Positions 52,371 to 64,000 of a stretch of DNA of 64,000 nucleotides are shown here, piece after piece. The stretch spans positions 61,628,001-61,692,000 of the forward strand of contig OX597825.1 in NCBI GenBank assembly GCA_951406725.2. Direction: 5' to 3'. Positions within the stretch are counted from its first letter, which is position 1, and the number at the start of each line of letters is the position of its first letter. Both the position numbers and the translations under genes were made by a program. The stretch is from Octopus vulgaris. Lineage: Eukaryota. The notes beneath the pieces are model-generated. The model did no database searches. It was not told the origin of the DNA and was given only the letters and a program-made list of their open reading frames with translations.

Positions 52371-53130
52371 GGAGCAATGTTCCCTCTAATTTATTTACTA
52401 TGGGTATACACCGAAATTTGCTTGTGTGCAAATTTTGCATTTCTTTGCAAAGCATCCATGTGAGTAATCATCTTCAATTAAAAATATATCCTGAAAAATT
52501 TATGTGTGTAAATGTTCTTTCTTTTTACTTTTCTTTGTGTGCTCACAGTAAAAACATGTATGTATAACTTATAAAGAACATTGCATGTGAGGTACATTAT
52601 TGACTTCTTTCATAGCTTGCTCATAGCTAGCCAACTTATTGTGATAGAAAATGGCAACAATATCAGAGATTATTGGGTTGTATGTTATAAGCTATCTAAT
52701 AGCTGCACATATTTTTGTATTTAAATTGTTCTCTTGTTACATTTTCTTTAATTACAAAACTGAAAACAAGTAAATTAAAAGGAAATACTGAAATAACTTA
52801 AAATATTGTTGAGCTAAGCACATTTGTAATTTTAAGTTGTTCTTATTTAGAGTTTTTATGGCCATTTCCATCAAGCAATTTCCATGTATTTTTTTGTCCC
52901 CCAAAGAAAATACTATAATCACTCTCAGAAGCTCATACAATTGTATGATAGTAGTGTTCAAGATTCAAAGAACCATTCCTCTAAAGAATTTATGTTTTTA
53001 TTGATGATTTGTAATATGATAAAGGTTCTTTATTTGGCATGGCCACTCAATAACTTAGCATTTCTTTTATCTTTTGTCCAAATAATCAAATCCTCTCTAT
53101 GCTTCAATGAATTATATTTAGAGATTTAGA
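52371..53130 (-). mobile_element. possible hAT transposon 3' relic
   Basis: caatgttccctctaa terminus-like sequence; minus-strand EA*RGFD...TKDKRN resembles the hAT dimerisation motif ERxFS. Confidence 0.35.
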
Positions 53131-54149
53131 AACATGTTTACAAGCTATTGATAATTCTATTTATAGGATAGCATTTAAATATTTCCTCCCCTTTCATATT
53201 TCGCTTGTTATATTCTGGGATTTTTCTCATTAATTTCCTCAGTGACAATGAAAGGAAATAGCATTCAGTTTGTCAACTTGGTTAACAGGATCAATATATG
53301 TATGCAGTAGATAACTTCATTATTGTATTAATTCTATTCAGAGAAGCTTATCACAGCTTCCAAATGGTATATTATTATACTGATCTGTCATATCAGATTA
53401 AAGAATTATTTCCATTGAGTATTTCTGAGTTAATTCAAAATTCAGTCATACTAAAGTAATTGGTGGCAACCATTTGGTGTAATTATTGTTCAGAGAATAT
53501 ACCACAGAGTAGGCAATTATTTCTGTTGTACACAATGAGTGGTGGCTGGTCAGTTTATATGTTGACAATTGGGAGTTGCACTTGAGTTTGTAGTTTTGTA
53601 TACAATCATAATATTAGCATATCGGAATGTCATTAATTGTCAAAGAGACAGACAGAAAAAGAGAATTAATATAACAGTTCTAGACATGTTAGTTCACCAT
53701 TTATGGCCATTATTAGTTAGAATACATTTCTTAATATTGGGATAACTGCTGGCCATTTGGTAAGTAATTCTAGGATTTAAAATTATATTAATTGTTTTGT
53801 TTGTGACCTTATTTTTTATCTTTTTTATTCTTTGCTCTTTAACTTGTTTTACTCGTTGTACTGTGGCTTTGCTGGAGCACTGCCTTGTAGGGTCAGATGA
53901 ACAAATTAATCCCAGGACTTATTCTTTAAACCTGGGACTTGTTTTACTATTTTATTTGATGAACTCCACTTTGCTACAAGAAACAAATTGACATCAGTTG
54001 CCAAGTAATGGGTAAGGATGGGCATAAACACAAACACAAATACTCACACATGCACATACACATACGTACAAATATAAACACATACACTCACACTTGCACA
54101 CTCAAACACATTAGCATACAACAGAATTCCACATAAATTATACTTACTC

Positions 54150-54372
54150 TTTTACTCTTTTACTTGTTTCAGTCATTTGACTGTAGCCATGCTGGAGCAC
54201 CACCTTTAGTCGAGCAAATCGCCCCCAGGACTTATTCTTTGTAAGCTTAGTACTGATTCTATTGGTCTCTTTTGCTGAACAGCTAAGTTACAGGGATGTA
54301 AACATGCCAGCATCGGTTGTCAAGCGATGTTGGGGGACAAACAGACACACAAACATACACACACACACACAT

Positions 54373-54417
<45 letters not shown>

Positions 54418-54580
54418 CGACAAGCTTCTTTCAGTTTCTATCTACCAAATCCACTCACAAGGCTTTGGTTGGCCCAAGGCTATAGTAGAAGACACTTGCC
54501 TAAGGTGCCATGCAGTGGGACTGAACCCGGAACCATGTGGTTTGTAAGCAAGCTACTTACCACACAGCCACTCCTACACC
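54150..54580 (-). mobile_element. SINE family A
   Basis: well-preserved family motifs with internal (CA)n. Confidence 0.85.
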
Positions 54581-54819
54581 TACTTACCAAATTCGTCCAC
54601 AAAGCACAGGTTTGTCCGTGACTATAATAGAAGACACATTCCAAGGACTGAACCAAAAACCATGTAGTTGTGACATAAACCTCTTAACCACACAGCCATG
54701 TCTGCAGATTTCTATTAATCTTGAAAGTAATTGAGAATTTCTTGCAATTTCAGGAAATAATTAATCTTTATTTACTTTTTTGACAAGCTGGTGCTGAAGC
54801 AATAATATTTCAAATAACC

Positions 54820-55250
54820 AAGGCAGTGAGTTGGCATGATCATTAGTATGCTAGGCAAAATGCTTAACAGTATTTTGTCTCACTTTAAGTTCTCAGTTCA
54901 AATTCCACCAAGGTCAGCTTTACTTTTCATCCTTTCTGCATCGATAAAATAAGTACCAGTTGAACACTGGGGTTGATGTAATCAACTTACTCCATTTCCT
55001 GAAATTGCTGGCCTTGTGCCAAAATTTGAAACCAATATTTAAGGTAGTGTGCTGCCAGAATTGTTAGCACAACATGCAAAATACTCAACAGCATTTTGTC
55101 TGTGCTTATATTCCGAGTTCAAATTCTGCCAGGTTGACTTTGCCATTCATCCTCTCAGGGTCAATAAAATAAGTATTGCCTGAGCACTAGGTTTGATGTA
55201 ATCAACTTACCCCTTCCTCAAAAATCCTGGCCTTGTGCCAAAATTTGAAA
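54820..55250 (+). mobile_element. two family E SINE copies
   Basis: gttcaaattc B box and catcct...aaaataagta domain occur twice. Confidence 0.75.
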
Positions 55251-55269
55251 TCATTATATCAAATAGCTG

Positions 55270-55508
55270 TGGAGGTGCATGGCTTAGTGGTTAGGGTGTC
55301 AGCATCATGATCGTAAGAATGTTGTTTCGATTCCTGGACCGGAATCTTGGGCAAAACACTTCATTTCACGTTGCTCCAGTCCACTCAGCTGGCAAAAATG
55401 AGTAACGCTGCAATGGACTGGTGTCCTGTCCAGCTGGGGAACACACATGCCGTAGAAACCAGGAAACTGGGCCCATGAGCCTGGCTAGGCTTTAAAAGGG
55501 TGCAAGAG
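55270..55508 (+). mobile_element. SINE family D
   Basis: A box TGGCTTAGTGG, gtttcgattcc; 14-bp TSD atatcaaatagctg. Confidence 0.88.
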
Positions 55509-55997
55509 ATATCAAATAGCTGGTAGCAGTCTCAGACAAGCTGCTATGATAAAGCAGCTCTAGAGGGTTGATTTAGCAGATGGAAAGATAACCAAATCAT
55601 CCTTAAACCATACCCAACATTCTTAAAAAATGTGAAAGATGTAATAGAGGAAATAATCTGAGATACACATACCCTGAAAATAACATGAAATTAAACAACA
55701 GGAGTATTCTAATCTTAGCTCTTGTATACACCTAGTTCTAGATAGAATTTCTTAAGTATTTTTTTTTACGCGCAGGGGACATGTAAAAACACCATTTGAG
55801 CATGGCCATTACCAGTACCGCCCTTGTACCGGTGGCACATAAAAGCACACACTACACTCTCGGAGTGGTTGGCATTAGGAAGGGCATTCAGCTGTAGAAA
55901 CTATGCCAATCAGATTTGAGCCTGGTGCAGCCATCTGGCTCACCAGTCCCCAGTCAAATCGTCCAACCCATGCCAGCATGGAAAGCAAACGTTAAAC

Positions 55998-56582
55998 TGT
56001 CATGGTTTTAGGGGTCGACAGCTATGAATGATATGTGATGCTTCCTTAATTCTTTCCACAAGGCCTTAGAGTTAACTCTGCTGTCTATATTAAAGTCCTG
56101 GAAATAAATGTTAAGCCCTGTGTTGACAGTGTATGCAATGGAATGATATATATGTTTCAGTAAGACTCTGCACAATCACACATGGCTCTAGTAACACAGG
56201 AATGGGTGACTGAAAATTTTCATGATCACATAACCCCTAACATTTGGCCTCCTAATTCCCCAGATCTCAATCCATTGGACAATTACATTTGGAGCGTTGT
56301 TGAGAGAGAGGTCAATGAACATGCCCATAACACCAAAGATTCTTTGAAAGCTACCATAGTCAGTGTAATGTCTGAAATGAATCAGGACCACTTGATTCAA
56401 GCATGTAGCTGATTTAGATCTTGTATAGAAGCAGTTGTTGAAGCTGAAGGTGGCTTTATTGAATAACATTATAGAAAAAGTTTGTTTTTATCCTCATAGC
56501 AATTTTTGACAAATAAAGTAATTATCTGTTATTATATATCTGATAAATATAAATCTGTCCACAAATAACTTATGGATCCCTG
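55998..56582 (+). mobile_element. maT-type (DD37D) Tc1/mariner 3' fragment
   Basis: DSAQSH...WPPNSPDLNPLD with 37 residues between the two Asp; probable 3' TIR ending ggatccctg. Confidence 0.85.
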
Positions 56583-56608
56583 TGTATATATGTGTGTGTA
56601 TGTGTATA

Positions 56609-56672
<64 letters not shown>

Positions 56673-57384
56673 CATACATGTTTGTGCATGTGTGTATAAT
56701 GATACACACATGCACAAACGTATATGTATATACATACATACATACATGTTTGTGTGTGTGTGTATAGTTCTAGATAAATATCTTGAAATCTTTTACTCAT
56801 TGAAATCATTAACGTAGTTCTAGGGGAGATTCAGCATGACACAGAGTGTGACAAGGCTGGCCCTTTGAAACTCAGGTACAACAGAAACAGGAAGAAAGAT
56901 TGAGAGAAGTTATGGTGAAAAAGTACAGTTCAGTCCGGGAATTGAACTAAATACCTAATGATTGTGAACTGAACACTCTAACCACTGAGCCATGTGCCTT
57001 GTGCTTATAGTAGAAAGGATATATGCATACATATGTACGTGTGTGAATGTTGACCTCTCATGGCTTTACTTAAGTAAAACTGCTGCATATTTATATTTCT
57101 TGAGGTCATTATGACTAGCCATTCTGTGCTTTAGAAGATCAGTGAAATAGCAAATCCTTAGATCAGCAATGGCATGAATCACATTCAGCCATTAAATTTA
57201 GGTTTAAATACATCCCTGCACAACACATGTTAGCAAGGCAAAATGGACATTAAATAAATAACTAAATAAATGATTTATTAACTAGAAGTCCAGTATTTTA
57301 TCACCATAGAAACACACACATCAATATTAGATTCCATAAAAATAACTAAATATTCAATTTCTATTTGTTTGTTGTTTTTGTTTT

Positions 57385-57593
57385 TCCAGTTTCAGCTCTT
57401 GAGCTGTGGCCATGCTGGGGCACCGCCATTGTGGTGAAAGAGTACAGCAGGGATCACCACCCCCTGCCGGAGCCTCGTAGAGCTTTTTAGGTGTTTTCGC
57501 TCAATAAACACACACGACGCCCAGTCTGAGAATCGAAACCGCGATCCTGCGACCGCGAGTCCGCTGCCCTAACCACTAGGCCATTGCGCCTCA
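57385..57593 (-). mobile_element. SINE family C fragment
   Basis: homologous to 20770-20931. Confidence 0.8.
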
Positions 57594-59612
57594 TTGCTTA
57601 TTTTTTTTTTATATTTATGGTTTTCTGATGTACGAGGAAAATATCAATAATGGCTTTGAATAAAATGCAACTCTAATTAAAGGTGTTTCTCTTTAATTTT
57701 AAAGACATTATATTTTGAATTATTGTCTTTAATCATGTTTATTTTATGGAGGTGACTCAGTAAAAGGCAGTTCAGATGTAGTTTGTTATGGGACTGAGTT
57801 TTAAATTTCCATGCAAAGAGTTCAAATCCTATTCATCATTGTCAGCATTACCATGGTCATTACCCTCACCCCCACCACAACCACCACCACCATCACCATC
57901 ATTGTCGCTCTTACTGTCACTACTGTGTTATTAAGGTTGTGGCAATCCTTCTCCTTATTAATACCAATACCACTACCATCACCATCACCATCATCACCAC
58001 CCAAACCACCACCATTTACATCATCATCATCAGCATCATTGACCATGATATCATCGTCAGCCTCATCATTGTCACTATTGTCATCATCATTATGATTGTG
58101 GTGTTGTTGTCTTCTTCTTCTTCTTCTTCTTCTTCTTCTTCTTCTTCTTCTTCTTCTTCTTCTTCTTCATCCAATCAGGACTCATGCCATTAGCCACAAA
58201 GAATAATCTCTAATTCGAGCCTACTCTAAGCTACTAAGAATGCGTGTGGCAACTTGAAGATCCACCCACCACACGCAATAGACTGGTGGTTGCATAGGCA
58301 TGAAAGCTACATTATTATCCTCATTCTGTAAACAGTGGCTTTTAACAGGTGGTGAGCTGGACCATCCTGGGGTACAGAGGATTCACAATCTAGACTAGGG
58401 TCTGAAAGTTTACCACACCATGGTCTCACTGGTTTGTGGTAGAAGTAGGAAGAAAGTGTGAGAGAAAGTTGTGGTGAAAGAGTACAGCAGGGTTCACCAC
58501 CACCCCATGAGCCTGGCTAGGCTATAAAAGGGCACAAGAGATATCAAATAGCTAGTAGCAGTCTCAGACAAACTGCTATGATAAAGCAGCTCTAGAGGGT
58601 TGATTTAGCAGATAGAGCTTAGGTGTTTTTGCTCAATAAATACTCACAATGCCCAGTTCGCTGCCCTAACCACTGGGCCATTGCACCTCCACTTACTGTT
58701 GTTGTTGGTGGTGGTGGTAATCATTGTTGTTTTCTGCCTTCTCTTTCTCATCACCTCTTCATTATCATCACTCTCTTCACTATCACCACACTAACATCAT
58801 CATCATCATCAGCAGTAATAGCATCATTGTTAGTATAATCAACATCATCATTGATAAAGCTGTTGTGGACATCTTTGTTATTTTCCTCTTTCTCCTCCCC
58901 TTCCTCTTCCTCATCATCATCTAGTATGCCAAAGCCATCAAAGTCTGTTGCAGACAACCTGTGAGAGTGTGTTCCATAATTACTAGTAATAAAATGAAAC
59001 ATTTTGGCCCTTAATTCTTATAACATGGCAAAATCTTTTCCATTTATTAAAATACTGAATTTTTACTCTAGCTTCTTTTTCTCAGTAAATTAATTAATGT
59101 ACTGAACTGGCAGAGCTGATCTATCTGTATAGTCTCACATAGAATTCTTTACAATATTTCTTCCAACTCACAGCACTATGATTTCAACTGCTGCTATGGT
59201 AACCTTTGCCTTGTATTCCATTGAAGTTCACTTATATATAACAAGCTTCTTCAAGTTCCATTTAATAATTTAACTAAAAGTGTTAACCTGCACCTACAGC
59301 ATAGAATGCAAGCTGACAACATCCAAACAGTGGAAGTGAACCCCTGACCTCCTGGTTCTGAAACAAACATCTTAGCTACACAGCTGTACCAACACCTATT
59401 TCGACTATCAGTTTAGATAACTGAATCCATTCCATTTTGGTGATTACTGCTAGGATTAGGGGTGATTATTTGTTAAAGACTTAGGCAACAGTGCCAAAGA
59501 TTGGCAGTAATCAATATGCAAATGAGTGCAAAATTAACAAATGTTAATTAACATTGAAGAGTGTGAGTGTATATTCTGTAATTATTTGTAGTCATGTGCA
59601 AAATATTTGCAT

Positions 59613-59850
59613 TCTTCAGTTCTATATTTAAGAGATGAGGAATTATATACGTTATTTACATTTGACGGATATTTGTCCTCATCTTGTTTGTTGTTAACAC
59701 AATGTTTTGGCTGATATTCCCTCCGGCCTTCATCAGGTGTCTTGGGGAAATTTCGAACCTGGGTTCTCATTCCTAAGGTATCTTTCGATGTTGTTATTAA
59801 TATTATTATTATAATTATTATTATTATTGTTATGATTATTATTATTATTA

Positions 59851-59886
<36 letters not shown>

Positions 59887-60061
59887 TATTATTATCATTA
59901 TTATCATTATTATTATTATTATTATTATTATTTTATTATTTTTTTTTTCTTCTTTCAAATTTGCTTCCATTTCTTGCCGAGTGTCTTCCCGACCCCTAGG
60001 GCAAAGAAACTCATAGTATACATTGGTAGGCCATTAAACCAAACTCAATGGTTCGTTCATT

Positions 60062-60132
<71 letters not shown>

Positions 60133-60217
60133 CATCATTATTCAGGTCATTGCCTGGAATCAAACTTGGAATCTTGGGTTAGTAGCCTGTGCACTTAACC
60201 ACTGTGCCATATGCCCG
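59613..60217 (-). mobile_element. tRNA-headed SINE with a PLE-like 3' part containing a hammerhead motif; Dong-like 3' UTR piece nested in its (AAT)n
   Basis: A box TGGCACAGTGG (60199-60209), B-box-like GTTTGATTCC (60156-60165), (AAT)n, HHR at 59697-59740; 59940-60005 resembles 26910-26978. Confidence 0.65.
59697..59740 (-). ncRNA. minimal type-I hammerhead motif (G12A-mutated copy)
   Basis: ACAC-CUGAUGA-A-GGCCG-gagggaauau-CAGCC-AAAA-CA-UU-GUGU. Confidence 0.65.
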
Positions 60218-60516
60218 TTAAGAGTGCCGGCAACTAACCCCAAGGTACCTGATGAAGGCTGAAGAAGATGAGGGCAAATATCTGTCAAATGTAAATAATG
60301 TAAATTTGCATTCTTATTCTTGTAAAATGGCTGAATTCTTTATATTTATCTGAAATCTGCTAGTTTGGAAAATGGTTGAAATAAATTGTAGAAATGCAAA
60401 GAGGATAGGATCAGGTAGATCTATCTCCTTATGATGTGAAGTTACTTTAAATATATAGCAGGAATTAAGGGCAGGAAAGAGAGAGATAGGATATATATAT
60501 ATATATATATATATAT

Positions 60517-60890
60517 AGGGGCAGGAGTGGCTGTGTGTTAAGTAGCTTGCTTACCAACTACATGGTTCTGGGTTCAATCCCACAGTGTGACACCTTGGGC
60601 AAGTGTCTTCAATTGTAGTCTCGGGCTGACCAAAGCCTTGTGAGTGGATTTGGTAGACGGAAACTGAAAGAAGACCATCGTATATATGTGTGTGTGTCTG
60701 TGTTTGTCCCCCCCCACCATTGCTTGACAACCGATGCAGGTGTGGTCACATCCCCATAACTTAGTGGTTCGGCAAAAGAACCTTATAAAATAAGTACTAG
60801 GCTTACAAAGAATAAGTCCTGGGGGGTGGGGTCGATTTACTCAACTAAAGGCGGTGCTCCAGCATGGCCACAGTCAAATGACTGAAACAC
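60517..60890 (+). mobile_element. SINE family A, full length
   Basis: tggctgtgtg A-box-like, GGTTCAATCCC B box, central domain and tail. Confidence 0.88.
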
Positions 60891-60899
60891 CTAATAGAA

Positions 60900-60951
60900 T
60901 ATATATGTGTGCGTATATATATATATATATATATATATTTTTATATGTATG

Positions 60952-60982
<31 letters not shown>

Positions 60983-61082
60983 CATATATATATATATATT
61001 CATATATATACATACATATATGTTTGTATATGTACATACATATATATATATATGTGTGTGTGTGTGTATGTATATATATATA

Positions 61083-61146
<64 letters not shown>

Positions 61147-61211
61147 TATGCGTATGTATATATATATATGCGTATATATATATATATATATATACATATA
61201 TATATACACAC

Positions 61212-61245
<34 letters not shown>

Positions 61246-61665
61246 TGAAAGAGAATAAGTGATTTGTAATTGCTTAGCAGGGCTTTGTTGCTTCCTTTAT
61301 GTTATCAGACACAATTATCTCCTGCTAAGTTACATTGAAACTCATTGAAATTTCTCAACATAACACAAAGTGTGCATGGCGTACATGTATGCAATGTGAG
61401 TAAGCATGTATGTGTTTGTGTATTTGTATATGTGCATAGCTGGAGCATGCACATTCAGTACTTGTCATGACAGGAATGCAGCTATTAAAATGATAATTGA
61501 TATATATATACAAAGGAATGTATGTACTTAGACAGAGATGCACACATACATACAAGGATATATACACACAGATACATAAATACATATGCGCATGTATATA
61601 TGCATATGCATATATATATATGTATATGTAAATGTATATATATATATAATATATATATACATATG

Positions 61666-61705
<40 letters not shown>

Positions 61706-62060
61706 ACATATGTACATATATATTACATATATGTGTGTTCGTGGGGGTATATATATATATATATATGTGTGTGTACATACATTTATATATATATATACAT
61801 ATATAATATACATATACATGCATAGATATATATATATGTATAATATATGTATAACATATATGTACATATATATATACACACACATGCACACACATATATG
61901 TATGTATATATAGGGAGAGAGATATACAGTGATATATATATATGCATACACACACATACACACACACACACATATATATATATATACAGATACACACATA
62001 CATGCACACATATACATATATACACACACACATGCACACTCATAAACTACATACATACTT
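60900..62060. repeat. extended (TA/TG/CA)n low-complexity region
   Basis: direct reading. Confidence 0.92.
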
Positions 62061-62440
62061 GCATTCATATATTCAAAACAGATGCATTACACACATATAC
62101 ATATGGAATAGGCATGTTAAATCAAAGCAGCATTCCACATCTTAATAAGAGAGAGAGAAAGAGATTATATAAAACAAAGAACTGAAATGGTAATGGCTTC
62201 CAGATATAATGAAAAGCTCATGATAATGAGAGCAAAACTAACCCTTTAGAATAAGTCATGAAAACAAGCAAGTACAGCTGGACAATTACAACAGTGAAGA
62301 GTGTCAATTTATTGGTGTCATATGAGTTACATACATGAACTTAATTATAATTATGTGAATTACTGGTAGAGCTTTTGATATTAGGGCCTGAAGAATTCAA
62401 TGAGGAGAGAAATTGCTCTTATATTGATGAGATGAAATCT

Positions 62441-62699
62441 AAAAAAAAAATGTTCCTTCTCGAGCCATGCCAGGCTCATAAGGGCCATTTTTCCTGGTTT
62501 CAGTGGTGTAGAAATTCCCCACCTGGATGGGACGCCAGTCCTTCGCAGGATGACTCATTTTTGCCAGCTGAGTGGACTGGAGCAACAGGAAATGAAGTGT
62601 TTTGCTCAAGAACACAACGCATTGCCCGGTCCAGGAATTGAAACCACAACCTTATGATCATGAGTTCAACACCCTAACCACTAAGCCACATGCCTCCAC
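62441..62699 (-). mobile_element. SINE family D
   Basis: 12-bp TSD gagatgaaatct; A/B boxes. Confidence 0.85.
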
Positions 62700-63073
62700 G
62701 AGATGAAATCTGAAACCCATATATATATGTAGGTACCATGATTGTGTCTCTTCCATTACTTCCTGTCATTACTCTTTCTTTCTCTCTTCCAATAATTCTT
62801 TCTAACATTGTCTCTTCTATCTCTCCTATGTTTATCCACCTCTCATTTAACTCAGTCCTGTTTCTCCCATTAGTATCTGTCTTCCATTGCTCCCTCTCCC
62901 TGTTTCTCTCTTTGTTATCACTCTCTTTTCTAGTTACTTTCTTTGGGATATTATCTAAAAGAAATATTATTCCATGAAGCAATAAGAACTTTTTACATTC
63001 TTGTGGACTACAATGCAACATCCTTGATACTAATGCCATAATAAGATGCACCCAACACTCTCTGTAAATGATT

Positions 63074-63325
63074 CTTCTTGTGCCCTTTTAAAGCCTAGTT
63101 GGGCTCATTGACCCGGTTTCCTGGTTTCAATGGTGTATGTGTTCCCTTATTGGATGGGACGCCAGTCCATCGCAGCGCTACTCATTTTTGCCTGCTGAGT
63201 GGACTGGAGCAACATGAAATGAAATGTTTTGCTCAAGAATACAACGCTTTGCTCGGTCCAGGAATTGAAACCACAATCTTACGATCATGATGCTGACACC
63301 CTAACCACTACACCATGCACCTCCA
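63074..63325 (-). mobile_element. SINE family D
   Basis: TSD ctctgtaaatgatt; homologous to 55270-55508. Confidence 0.85.
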
Positions 63326-63594
63326 CTCTGTAAATGATTAATGAAAGGGTAAAGATACCTAACGATTGAAAGGACCTTTACTCTTGCTAGGGACATGATA
63401 ACTTTCATGGTGTTTGTGTCACAGTAAAATACACCTAATAAATTCTGTGAAGTGGTTGTATTATAAAGAGGCTCCAGCCACAGTAATTAGGCAAAAATAT
63501 GGAATGTATGAAGAAGACTTGGCCCTCTAACTCATCTAAGTGGCAACCCATCCAACCCATACCTGCATGGAAAATGAACATAACGATAACTATA

Positions 63595-63960
63595 AAGATG
63601 AGGACAATGATGAAACAGAATTATGTCAAAGACGACAAGGACAATGATGATGGTGGGAATGATGATGATGATGATGATGATGATGGTGGTGGTGATGGTG
63701 GTGGTGATGACAAAGATGACGATGATGCTGATTATTATGGTGTCGATGACGATGAAGCTGATGATGTCAGTGAAGGTGGGGGATGGTGGTGATGGTGATG
63801 ATGATGATGATGATGATGATGATCGTTAAGATGATGTTGATGGTGATAAAAATAATGATAAAAATGATGATGATGACGATGACGATGATGATGATGATGA
63901 TGACAATGATGATGGCAATGATGATGATGATGATGACGATGTTGATGATATTGATGCTTC
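63595..63960. repeat. (GAT)n/(GGT)n degenerate microsatellite
   Basis: direct reading. Confidence 0.92.
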
Positions 63961-64000
63961 CTATCAAAAAAATAATAAAATATGATTTATTTAAAGATAA

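Overview
AT-rich, microsatellite-dense animal genomic DNA, intronic or intergenic. The repeat repertoire (tRNA-headed SINEs with internal (TA/CA)n tracts, (GAT)n-tailed repeats, many decayed mariners) looks like an octopus/coleoid cephalopod genome; this is an inference from pattern recognition. I recognise no intact host protein-coding gene, and most ORFs in the track are translated microsatellites. The window contains at least 8 Tc1/mariner relics (four near-full-length DD34D-type mariners, a maT/DD37D fragment and a Tc1 fragment), piggyBac-like MITEs, a long-TIR Ginger-like element, R4/Dong, RTE and Penelope-like (PLE) retroelement fragments, and about five SINE families. The most striking unannotated signal is a set of about 10 type-I hammerhead-ribozyme (HHR) motifs from several unrelated PLE-like repeat families. 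They include apparent compensatory core variants (G3-C8, U3-A8), HHRs arranged in palindromes and a 2.9-kb foldback, and a tRNA-headed SINE carrying an HHR. All folds were made by eye and coordinates of decayed repeats are approximate.
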